Program-made: the position numbers and the translations under genes
NCBI GenBank assembly: GCA_031428695.1
Contig: JANOYE010000093.1
Location: 2,700-66,699 of the forward strand
Source: Rhodoferax sp.
GTDB taxonomy: Bacteria > Pseudomonadota > Gammaproteobacteria > Burkholderiales > Burkholderiaceae_C
Direction of reading: 5' to 3'
DNA: 64,000 bases
Notes under the pieces: generated by a model
Databases searched by the model: none
Seen by the model: the letters and a program-made list of their open reading frames with translations, nothing else
What the model was told of the DNA's origin: nothing
Shown: piece by piece, positions 54,490 through 63,149 of the stretch
Position numbering within the stretch: position 1 is the stretch's first letter
Layout of the letters: each line of letters opens with the position of its first letter

Positions 54490-55662
54490 ATGATTCGCGC
54501 AAGCATTGAACAAAGTCAGACTCGGCCAGTCATCTGCGTGGTGGGCGCGCGTCCCAACTACATGAAAATGGCGCCGATCTTGCGGGCGTTTCACTCGCAT
54601 GTACCTCCCATCGCAGTGCTGCTGGTTCACACCGGCCAGCATTACGACAAGGACATGAATGACCGCCTTTTCGAAGATCTGAAATTGCCGCGTCCCGACA
54701 TTAATCTCGAAGTTGGCTCGGCGACCCATGCGGTTCAGACGGCAGAGGTGATGAAACGCTTTGAACCGATCATCGACCAGTACCATCCCCGTTGCGTGAT
54801 GGTGGTGGGCGACGTGAACTCCACACTGGCTTGCGCGCTGGTGGCCGTGAAAAAGAATGTGCCAGTGGCGCATGTGGAAGCGGGTCTGCGCAGTTATGAC
54901 CGCCGCATGCCAGAGGAAATCAACCGCATCTTGACCGACCAGATTTCAGACCGGCTCTACACAACAGAACGCAGTGCGCTGGAGAATTTGCGTCTGGAAG
55001 GAATCCCCGCAGACAGAGTCGCTTTTGTCGGCAACGTCATGATTGATTCTCTGGTTGCCAGCCGTGCCGCCGCGCGGGACGCGCATGCAACGATTTCTGA
55101 TTCTGGTGGCGACCCCAAGGTGCTTGACGACCCAATAGGTTTCGGTGTGGTTACGATGCATCGGCCTTCCAATGTCGATGCGCTCGAAGCACTGGGCGAT
55201 ATTCTTGGCAGCTTGCGCGAAGTGGCCACCAAAATTCCCCTCGTCTTTGCGCTGCACCCGCGCACGCGCAGCAACATCGACAAATTCAATCTGCAGCATT
55301 TGGTTGATCCGTTGCGAATGGTTCTGTTGCCACCCCAGGGTTACCTCGAAATGCTAGGGCTGATGTCAGCGGCAAGTCTGGTGCTCACAGATTCGGGTGG
55401 CCTGCAAGAAGAGACTACTGCCTTGGGTGTTCCGTGCTTGACATTGCGCGCCAACACGGAGCGCCCGATCACCATAGAACAAGGCACCAATACCTTGGTA
55501 GGCACTGATCGCATGGCCATTTTGAGTGCCGTAGACGATGTTTTGGCGGGGCGTGGAAAGCGCGGTCGTGTGCCGGAGTTTTGGGACGGCCAGGCGGCGC
55601 AGCGAATCGCCGCCGACCTTTGGCATTGGCTTGAAACGACCGAAACTGCAGTTGGCCATTAG
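54490..55662 (+). CDS. wecB: UDP-N-acetylglucosamine 2-epimerase (non-hydrolysing)
   Basis: VVGARPNYMKMAP, VGDVNSTLA, HVEAGLRS and DSGGLQEE blocks. Confidence 0.9.
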   Translation: MIRASIEQSQTRPVICVVGARPNYMKMAPILRAFHSHVPPIAVLLVHTGQHYDKDMNDRLFEDLKLPRPDINLEVGSATHAVQTAEVMKRFEPIIDQYHPRCVMVVGDVNSTLACALVAVKKNVPVAHVEAGLRSYDRRMPEEINRILTDQISDRLYTTERSALENLRLEGIPADRVAFVGNVMIDSLVASRAAARDAHATISDSGGDPKVLDDPIGFGVVTMHRPSNVDALEALGDILGSLREVATKIPLVFALHPRTRSNIDKFNLQHLVDPLRMVLLPPQGYLEMLGLMSAASLVLTDSGGLQEETTALGVPCLTLRANTERPITIEQGTNTLVGTDRMAILSAVDDVLAGRGKRGRVPEFWDGQAAQRIAADLWHWLETTETAVGH

Positions 55663-55678
55663 TGGGTTGGAGTGATTC

Positions 55679-56551
55679 GTGTCGAAGCCAATTTCCCCAC
55701 AGCCCGTTAATGCGTTGACGATTGACGTTGAAGACTACTTTCAAGTCTCCGCGTTCGCGCCGCACATTGAGCGGTCTGAATGGAACACGTCAGAATGCCG
55801 GGTTGTCCGCAACGTTGAGCGCATACTGGAGCTGCTGGCGGTTCGTCAAACCAAGGCGACTTTTTTTACCCTGGGCTGGATCGCTGAAAGGTACCCGGCA
55901 CTGGTGCGCCAAATTGTGGCCCAAGGCCATGAACTGGCCAGCCACGGTTATGGCCACCAGAGGGCGAGTGATTTGTCGGAAGCGGCTTTTTTTGCCGATA
56001 TTTCGCGCGCCAAATTCATTCTGGAAGATTTAGGGGGCATGGAAATCAAAGGTTACCGCGCGCCAAGTTTTTCAATAGGCGCCGGAAATCTGTGGGCGTT
56101 TGACAGCCTGGCACGTGCCGGTTACAGATACAGCTCCAGCGTTTACCCGATCAAACACGACCATTACGGTATGCCGGATTCGCCGCGTTTTGCCTACAAG
56201 GTTCACCCTGACCTTCTGGAGGTTCCGGTGACCACGTTGCGGGTGCTGAACCGCAACTTGCCGTCAAGCGGTGGTGGCTATTTCAGGTTGTTTCCGTATG
56301 CTTTGTCCAAATGGATGCTCAAGCGTGTGAACAGCCAAGACGCTCAGGCTGGCATCTTCTATTTTCACCCCTGGGAAATTGACGTTCAGCAGCCGCGTGT
56401 GGCTGGGATTGGCAGCAAGACGCGGTTTCGCCACTACGTCAACATTGCCCGCATGGAAGGTCGCCTGGGTAAATTGCTGGGCGATTTCGAATGGGGCCGC
56501 ATGGACGACATCTTTTTGGGCAAGACGCATCGAGAGGCTGCGCTTGCCTGA
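55679..56551 (+). CDS. Polysaccharide deacetylase, PEP-CTERM locus subfamily
   Basis: ALTIDVEDYFQVSAF, FFTLGWIAERYP and HELASHGYGH NodB-type motifs. GTG start. Confidence 0.85.
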   Translation: MSKPISPQPVNALTIDVEDYFQVSAFAPHIERSEWNTSECRVVRNVERILELLAVRQTKATFFTLGWIAERYPALVRQIVAQGHELASHGYGHQRASDLSEAAFFADISRAKFILEDLGGMEIKGYRAPSFSIGAGNLWAFDSLARAGYRYSSSVYPIKHDHYGMPDSPRFAYKVHPDLLEVPVTTLRVLNRNLPSSGGGYFRLFPYALSKWMLKRVNSQDAQAGIFYFHPWEIDVQQPRVAGIGSKTRFRHYVNIARMEGRLGKLLGDFEWGRMDDIFLGKTHREAALA

Positions 56552-57596
56552 CTCAGGTTCGTTGACGATCACCTGTTTGTCCATTGAAGACGCTGCAGCG
56601 TCAAAGCGATGGGACGCCTTCGTACTTGGCTGCCCCCAGGCCTCATTCTTCCACCGCGCCGGCTGGCAAAAGATTGTGCGTGAAGTCTTCAAGCACGATA
56701 CCTATTTTTTGTACGCTGAACTGAACGGAGCCATCCAAGGTGTGTTGCCTTTGGCACATGTCAACAGCTGGTTATTCGGAAACTCGCTCGTGGCTCTGCC
56801 GTTTGCCGTGTACGGCGGGGTTGCGGCCAGCGGCGAGGAGGCGGCGCTGGCGCTGGAGTCCGAAGCCCAAACCATTGCCAAGCGTTTGGGCGTGGCTCAC
56901 CTGGAGTTTCGCAACACTGCGGCCCGCCATGCCGACTGGCCCACGCAGGATCTTTACGTCACTTTTCGCAAAGAAATGCTCTCGCAAGACGACGCCAACA
57001 TGCTGGCCATACCGCGCAAACAACGCGCCATGGTTCGCAAGGGCATCAAGAACGGGTTGACCAGCGAAATCGACACAAGCGTAGATCGCTTCTTCAGCCT
57101 TTATGCCGACAACGTTCACCGGCACGGCACCCCGGCCATGCCCAAGCGGTACTTCAAGGCACTGCAGGCCGAATTTGGTGCCGATTGCGAAATACTCACG
57201 GTGGTCGGCCCCGACGGGCGTTTGCTGAGTTCGGTCCTGAGTTTCTATTTTCGCGACGAAGTCTTGCCTTACTACGCGGGAGATGATGAGTCTGCCCGCG
57301 ACTTAGCTGCCAATGATTTCAAATACTGGGAGCTGATGCGCCGCGCTTGCGCCAAGGGATTGAAAGTATTCGACTACGGGCGAAGCAAACAGGGCACGGG
57401 CTCGTTCTCCTTCAAGAAGAATTGGGGCTTCGAGCCCCAGCCGTTGCACTACGAATATTGCCTGTACAAGCGTGACGCCATACCGCAGAACAATCCGGCC
57501 AACGCGAAGTACCAGTTGCTGATCAAAACTTGGCGCCGCCTGCCCATCGGCTTGGCCAACTGGCTGGGTCCATTCATCGTGCGCAACCTGGGGTGA
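56544..57596 (+). CDS. FemAB-family protein, PEP-CTERM system-associated (start uncertain: TTG 56544 or 56562)
   Basis: WDAFV ... FFHRAGW ... N-terminus and a GNAT-like duplicated fold. There is no ATG after the upstream stop, so a TTG start is inferred. Confidence 0.75.
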   Translation: MPDSGSLTITCLSIEDAAASKRWDAFVLGCPQASFFHRAGWQKIVREVFKHDTYFLYAELNGAIQGVLPLAHVNSWLFGNSLVALPFAVYGGVAASGEEAALALESEAQTIAKRLGVAHLEFRNTAARHADWPTQDLYVTFRKEMLSQDDANMLAIPRKQRAMVRKGIKNGLTSEIDTSVDRFFSLYADNVHRHGTPAMPKRYFKALQAEFGADCEILTVVGPDGRLLSSVLSFYFRDEVLPYYAGDDESARDLAANDFKYWELMRRACAKGLKVFDYGRSKQGTGSFSFKKNWGFEPQPLHYEYCLYKRDAIPQNNPANAKYQLLIKTWRRLPIGLANWLGPFIVRNLG

Positions 57597-57604
57597 GCAG
57601 GGTC

Positions 57605-58858
57605 ATGCGCAATATTCTGCTGCTGGTGCATCGGTTGCCCTATCCTCCCAACAAAGGGGACAAGGTGCGTTCTTTCCATTTGCTCAAGCATTTGGCGCAG
57701 AACAACCGCGTCTTTTTGGGAACCTTCATTGACGATCCTGCCGATGTGGTTCATCTGGGCACCGTGCGTGGGTATTGTGCAGACGTTCACGCGGCCACAA
57801 TTTCACCGATCCGGCAGAAAATTGTCAGCTTGCTGGCACTGCTGACGGGGCAGGCGATGTCGCTGCGGTATTACCATGACGACGGCCTGCAGGCCTGGGC
57901 CAAACGGGTCGTGACTGAACACCAGATTGACGCCGCAGTCGTTTTCTCATCCGCCATGGGCCAGTACGCACAGCAAAATACTCGAACCGAACTGTTGGTG
58001 GATTTCGTCGATGTTGACTCTGCCAAATGGACGCAATATGCGGCAAACCATCCTTGGCCACTGTCATGGCTCTACAAGCGGGAAGGACAAAAACTGTTGG
58101 CCTACGAACGGGAACTGGCTGCGCGCTCCAGACGCTCGTTTTTCGTCACCGAGAATGAAACCCAATTGTTTCGCAAGCATGCGCCGGAATGTGCCGATCT
58201 CGTGGAGGCCATGAGCAACGGCGTAGACTCCGACTTTTTTTCGCCAAATCCTGCGTTTCAGAACCCGTTTGGAGAGGGTGCTTTGAGGAAAGATGCTCTC
58301 CTTTCAGTTGTGTTTACCGGTGCCATGGACTATTGGCCCAATGTCGACGCGGCGACCTGGTTTGTCAGTGACATATTGCCCCTCTTGCGCAAAAAGTTTC
58401 CGCAGGCGTGTTTTTACATCGTCGGGCGCAGCCCCACGCCAGGGGTGCTTGCTTTGGCGTCCGAATGTGTGGTTGTGACCGGTACCGTTGACGATGTACG
58501 CCCCTACCTCCAACACGCCAGCGTCGTGGTGGCGCCATTGCGCTTGGCCCGAGGCATTCAGAACAAGATTTTGGAGGCCATGGCGATGGCGCGGCCAGTC
58601 GTGGCCTCGTTGTCCTGCGTTGAGGCGATTCATGCGGTGCAAGGCAGCGAGCTGGCAGCAGCCGAGTCGGCCGCTGAGTTTGTGACACAAATCGAGGCGA
58701 TTTTCCATTCACCCCAGCGGTCAGCCCAGTTGGGGCTCGCAGCTCGGCAACGGGTCGTGAAAGACTACAGTTGGGAAGCTCATATGGGCAAGATTGACAA
58801 GTACCTTGCGCCTCACATTTTGCCTCGCCCTAAAGTGCCCGTAGAGGTGCTTGGATGA
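57605..58858 (+). CDS. Glycosyltransferase, exosortase-A-system-associated (GT4-like)
   Basis: MRNILLLVHRLPYPPNKGDKVRSFHLL N-terminus and the C-terminal GT-B block RGIQNKILEAMAM. Position matches the locus order. Confidence 0.8.
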   Translation: MRNILLLVHRLPYPPNKGDKVRSFHLLKHLAQNNRVFLGTFIDDPADVVHLGTVRGYCADVHAATISPIRQKIVSLLALLTGQAMSLRYYHDDGLQAWAKRVVTEHQIDAAVVFSSAMGQYAQQNTRTELLVDFVDVDSAKWTQYAANHPWPLSWLYKREGQKLLAYERELAARSRRSFFVTENETQLFRKHAPECADLVEAMSNGVDSDFFSPNPAFQNPFGEGALRKDALLSVVFTGAMDYWPNVDAATWFVSDILPLLRKKFPQACFYIVGRSPTPGVLALASECVVVTGTVDDVRPYLQHASVVVAPLRLARGIQNKILEAMAMARPVVASLSCVEAIHAVQGSELAAAESAAEFVTQIEAIFHSPQRSAQLGLAARQRVVKDYSWEAHMGKIDKYLAPHILPRPKVPVEVLG

Positions 58859-60423
58859 CTGCTGTGTTGATGACACCGCGCAGGCAACCCGTGCCATGGA
58901 AATTGGCCTTGACGTTGTCAGTGCTGCTGCTGGCCCTGACGGTTGTCGCGTATTGGGACACAGCCTCGGCAATTGTCCTGATCTGGATGCGGTCCGAAAC
59001 TTTTACCCACGGATTTTTGGTGCCACCCATCACCGCGTGGCTGATCTGGCGTCAACGGGAAAGCCTGAGTGCACTCAGCCCCGAGCCAAACGTTTGGGCT
59101 TTGCTGGCGATGGCAGGGGCGGCGCTGGCGTGGCTTCTGGGTGATTTGGCGGCGGTCAACGCCTTGGCGCAGCTGTCGTTTGTTGCCATGCTGGTTTTGC
59201 TGGTGCCAGCGATTCTCGGCCAGGTCGTGACGAGGGCGATTATTTTCCCGCTGGGTTTTCTATTTTTCGCCGTTCCAATCGGCGAATTTGCGATGCCTCA
59301 ACTGATGGAGTGGACCGCCGATTTCACGGTGCTAGCGCTTCGCCTGAGCGGGATTCCGGTTTACCGCGAAGGGCTGCAGTTTGTCATTCCTTCCGGGAAC
59401 TGGTCGGTGGTGGAGGCGTGCAGTGGCGTGCGTTACTTGATCGCTTCGGTCACCGTGGGGACCCTTTTTGCTTACCTGAACTACCAGTCAACCAAGCGAC
59501 GGGTCTTGTTTGTCATCGTGTCATTTCTTGTGCCGGTTCTGGCAAATTGGCTGCGCGCCTACATCATCGTCATGCTGGGGCATTTCTCGGGAAACAAGCT
59601 GGCAACTGGTGTGGATCACCTGGTGTACGGCTGGTTGTTTTTTGGCATTGTCATCATGCTGATGTTCATGATTGGCGCGCGGTGGGCCGAGCCGGCACAG
59701 GTTCGGCCAGCCGTTGTGGGGTCGCATTTCGGCTCCCTGGATGCCAGCTCGACCGCCAGGCTGTGGGCAAACGCCTTGTGTTTTGCGGCGCTGGTCGGTT
59801 TGCCGCACCTGGCTCTGTGGAAAATGGAAAGCGGGCAAGCTCGCACACCCAGCCCGCTGATTGAGCCTGGGGTTTTGGGTGCGGACTGGCAACGCGTTGC
59901 TAACGTCGATCTGAATTTCAAGCCGGCCTTTCAAAACCCTTCGTCTGAAATTAACACCACCTTCTCAAGTCAAGGCAAGCAGGTTGGCCTCTATCTGGCC
60001 CATTACCACAATCAGGACTACAACCGTAAGCTGGTGAGTTCGGCTAACAGCCTGATTGGCGGCAAAGAGCCGCAATGGGCGGTGGCGCGCAGCGCCAAAC
60101 AGGCGGTAGACCTGGGGGCAACACAAGAGGCATGGCGGACGACGGAGCTGCGCGCGCTGGCATCGGCGGGGCAGTCGGCCGACATCCGCCTTGAAGTCTG
60201 GCAGATTTATTGGATAAACGGCACTCTGACAGCCAGCGACTACCTCGCCAAAGTTTATAGTGCGGTCTATCGATTGTTGGGTCGCGGGGATGATTCCGCC
60301 GTGATTGTGGTCTACACCGTCAAAGGCCAACCGGGCGCAGCGCAAGCCACTCTGCAAAACTTCCTGGCAACAAATTATCAGCAGATCAATGCAATTTTGT
60401 CAGTGCCACAGCAGCAAAAGTGA
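58855..60423 (+). CDS. xrtA: Exosortase A fused to an EpsI-family domain
   Basis: Exosortase catalytic motifs EACSGVRY (Cys), NWLRAY (Arg) and MLGH (His) in a polytopic N-terminal half. The C-terminal ~220 aa is a soluble EpsI-like half. ATGA overlap with the upstream GT. Confidence 0.85.
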   Translation: MTAVLMTPRRQPVPWKLALTLSVLLLALTVVAYWDTASAIVLIWMRSETFTHGFLVPPITAWLIWRQRESLSALSPEPNVWALLAMAGAALAWLLGDLAAVNALAQLSFVAMLVLLVPAILGQVVTRAIIFPLGFLFFAVPIGEFAMPQLMEWTADFTVLALRLSGIPVYREGLQFVIPSGNWSVVEACSGVRYLIASVTVGTLFAYLNYQSTKRRVLFVIVSFLVPVLANWLRAYIIVMLGHFSGNKLATGVDHLVYGWLFFGIVIMLMFMIGARWAEPAQVRPAVVGSHFGSLDASSTARLWANALCFAALVGLPHLALWKMESGQARTPSPLIEPGVLGADWQRVANVDLNFKPAFQNPSSEINTTFSSQGKQVGLYLAHYHNQDYNRKLVSSANSLIGGKEPQWAVARSAKQAVDLGATQEAWRTTELRALASAGQSADIRLEVWQIYWINGTLTASDYLAKVYSAVYRLLGRGDDSAVIVVYTVKGQPGAAQATLQNFLATNYQQINAILSVPQQQK

Positions 60424-60475
60424 CGGCTCGGCGCAGTGAATGAACAACTAACATGAACGCGATGGAGAAATCGAA

Positions 60476-61756
60476 ATGACCGTGGTTGCAGTGATTGGAT
60501 TGGGTTACGTGGGCCTGCCGCTCGTCGTGGAGTTTGGCAAACACATGCGCACGATTGGTTTCGACATCGCCGTGAACAAAGTGGAGTCGTGCCTCAAGGG
60601 CGTTGACCCGTCCCGAGAATTGTCGGACGACGAAATGCGGGCGTCGCCCCATGCAGCCTACACCGCAGACCCCAAAATGCTGGCCGAGGCCGACATCATC
60701 ATCGTGGCCGTGCCGACGCCAGTTGACGCCGCACACATCCCTGATTTCCGCCCCCTGATCGGCTCCAGCACCAGCGTCGGGCGCCACATGAAAAAAGGCG
60801 TGATCGTGGTGTACGAATCCACGGTCTACCCTGGCGCGACCGAAGAAGTTTGCATTCCCGTGTTGGAGCGCGAATCGGGCCTGAAGTGGAAACAAGACTT
60901 TTTCGTCGGTTATTCGCCCGAACGCATCAACCCTGGCGACAAAGAACACACGCTGACCAAGATTCTCAAAATCGTCTCGGGCGACACGCCGCAAACGCTG
61001 GACAAAGTCGCCAAGCTGTACGAAACGATTATCGTGCCCGGCGTGCACCGCGCCTCCAGCATCAAAGCCGCCGAAGCCGCCAAGGTGATCGAAAACACCC
61101 AGCGGGATTTGAACATCTCGTTGATGAACGAGTTGTCCATCATTTTTGACAAAATGGGCATCGACACCACCGAGGTGCTCGAAGCCGCAGGCACCAAGTG
61201 GAACTTCCTGAAGTTCAAGCCGGGCCTGGTTGGCGGCCACTGCATCGGTGTTGATCCGTATTACCTGACGCACAAAGCCGAGATGCTGGGTTACAACCCA
61301 CAGGTCATTTTGGCGGGGCGGCGCATCAACGACGGCATGGGCAAGTTCATCGCCGAGCAGACCATCAAACACATGATCGCGGCGGGCAGTTACATCAAGG
61401 GCGCCAAAGTTAACGTGCTGGGTTTGACGTTCAAAGAGAATTGCGGCGATCTGCGCAACTCAAAGGTGATTGACATCATCAACGAGCTCAAGACCTATGG
61501 CGTCGAAGTTTTTGTGACCGACCCGCAGGCCGAGTCCGAAGAAGCGGTGCATGAGTACGGCGTGCCGCTCTTGCCGTGGGACGACTTGCCCCGCGCTGAC
61601 GCGATTGTGGCGGCGGTGGCTCACAAGGAGTTTGCCGCGCTTTCCATGGAAGATTTCAGCAAAAAGCTGGTCAAAGGCGGCGCCTTTATCGACGTGAAGG
61701 CTGCGTTTGACCGCAAGGCCATTACGGACGCAGGCTACAAACTCTGGCGGCTGTGA
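60476..61756 (+). CDS. Nucleotide-sugar 6-dehydrogenase (TviB/WbpO/WecC-like)
   Basis: VAVIGLGYVGLPL NAD fold and the catalytic block GGHCIGVDPYY. Confidence 0.9.
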   Translation: MTVVAVIGLGYVGLPLVVEFGKHMRTIGFDIAVNKVESCLKGVDPSRELSDDEMRASPHAAYTADPKMLAEADIIIVAVPTPVDAAHIPDFRPLIGSSTSVGRHMKKGVIVVYESTVYPGATEEVCIPVLERESGLKWKQDFFVGYSPERINPGDKEHTLTKILKIVSGDTPQTLDKVAKLYETIIVPGVHRASSIKAAEAAKVIENTQRDLNISLMNELSIIFDKMGIDTTEVLEAAGTKWNFLKFKPGLVGGHCIGVDPYYLTHKAEMLGYNPQVILAGRRINDGMGKFIAEQTIKHMIAAGSYIKGAKVNVLGLTFKENCGDLRNSKVIDIINELKTYGVEVFVTDPQAESEEAVHEYGVPLLPWDDLPRADAIVAAVAHKEFAALSMEDFSKKLVKGGAFIDVKAAFDRKAITDAGYKLWRL

Positions 61757-61863
61757 CGAGCGGTGTTGCGATGGCGCCTGACTGATTTTAAAGTATTAAC
61801 TTCCATGTTAACAAATTGAATCAAACTGCCCCTTTTTGGATTATTTAAAGAAAATTATGCCTC

Positions 61864-61908
61864 TAAGTCACGAATTATATAGATTTGTTGCTATTAATAA
61901 TATAGCAA
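61864..61908 (+). repeat. 45-bp AT-rich composite motif, copy C
   Basis: TAAGTCACGA-N16-GCTATTAATAATA-TAGCAA in the AT-rich island 61781-61930. Confidence 0.7.
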
Positions 61909-61951
61909 TCAATATTTGCTGCAGAGGCGCAGTCTGATCCCATGAGCCTTC

Positions 61952-63124
61952 ATGCAGCGTGATGACCGCCCTCTCGTTCTGCATGTGATGTACCGCTTCG
62001 ACACCGGCGGGCTGGAAAACGGCGTGGTGAACCTCATCAACCACATGCCGGCCAACGCCTACCGCCACGCGGTGCTGGCGCTGTCAGAGGTGACCGATTT
62101 TTGCCAACGCGTCACCCGCTCTGACGTTGAATACATCTCGTTGAACAAGCCCCCCGGCCACGGCATCTGGCAATACGCTCGGCTTTACGACCTCTTTAAA
62201 AAGCTGCGCCCCGCCATCCTGCATACGCGCAATCTCGCGGCATTGGAGGTTCAGGTGCCTGCCTGGGCCGCTGGGGTTCCCGTGCGGGTGCACGGTGAAC
62301 ACGGCCGCGACGTGGGCGACCTCGACGGCAGCAACGTCGCCATGCAACGGCTGCGGCGGCTCTACAAACCGTTTGTCAATCACTACGTCGCGCTGTCACG
62401 CGACTTGGCTGACTATTTGACGACCAAGGTGCGAGTGCCTTCCAGCGCCTTGACACAAGCCTACAACGGCGTGGACACCACGCTGTTTGCACCACACCCG
62501 CTTGGCGCTCGGCCGATCGACGGCTGCCCGTTCAATCCGCAAGACCATTGGCTGGTCGGCACAGTCGGCCGCATGCAGACGGCCAAAGACCAAGTCATGC
62601 TGGCCAGAGCCTTTGTGCAAGCGCTCACACAGGCGCCCGAATTGCGGGCGCGCCTGCGCCTGGTGATGGTGGGCGACGGACCACTGCGCTCAGACGTGCA
62701 AAGCGTGCTCAATGCTGCGGGCGTGGCTGATCTGGCCTGGTTGCCGGGTGAACGCGGCGACATTCCTCACGTGATGCGCGGTCTGCATGCGTTTGCCTTG
62801 CCGTCGCTGGCGGAAGGCATCTCCAACACCATCCTGGAAGCCATGGCCTGCGCCCTGCCCGTGGTGGCCACGGCGGTGGGCGGGAATGCGGACTTGGTTG
62901 GCCACGGCCAAACGGGTTTTATTGTCGCCCCCGCAGCGCCGAATGACATGGCGCGGCGTTTGGTGGAACTGGCGACACAGCCCAAGGCGGCAAAAACCAT
63001 GGGAGAAGCAGGCTGCGCTCGTGTAAAAGCGAAATTCAGCATGCAAGCCATGGTGGACACCTACCAGAACGTGTACGACGCCGCCCTTCGTCTGCGCTCG
63101 CCCGCGCTTGCCATCTCGCGATAA
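61952..63124 (+). CDS. Glycosyltransferase (GT4), PEP-CTERM/exosortase locus-associated
   Basis: LVLHVMYRFDTGGLENGVVNLIN N-terminus and the GT-B EX7E region LPSLAEGISNTILEAMA. Confidence 0.85.
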   Translation: MQRDDRPLVLHVMYRFDTGGLENGVVNLINHMPANAYRHAVLALSEVTDFCQRVTRSDVEYISLNKPPGHGIWQYARLYDLFKKLRPAILHTRNLAALEVQVPAWAAGVPVRVHGEHGRDVGDLDGSNVAMQRLRRLYKPFVNHYVALSRDLADYLTTKVRVPSSALTQAYNGVDTTLFAPHPLGARPIDGCPFNPQDHWLVGTVGRMQTAKDQVMLARAFVQALTQAPELRARLRLVMVGDGPLRSDVQSVLNAAGVADLAWLPGERGDIPHVMRGLHAFALPSLAEGISNTILEAMACALPVVATAVGGNADLVGHGQTGFIVAPAAPNDMARRLVELATQPKAAKTMGEAGCARVKAKFSMQAMVDTYQNVYDAALRLRSPALAISR

Positions 63125-63149
63125 TCGTTTCAAATACCCCACCAAAATT

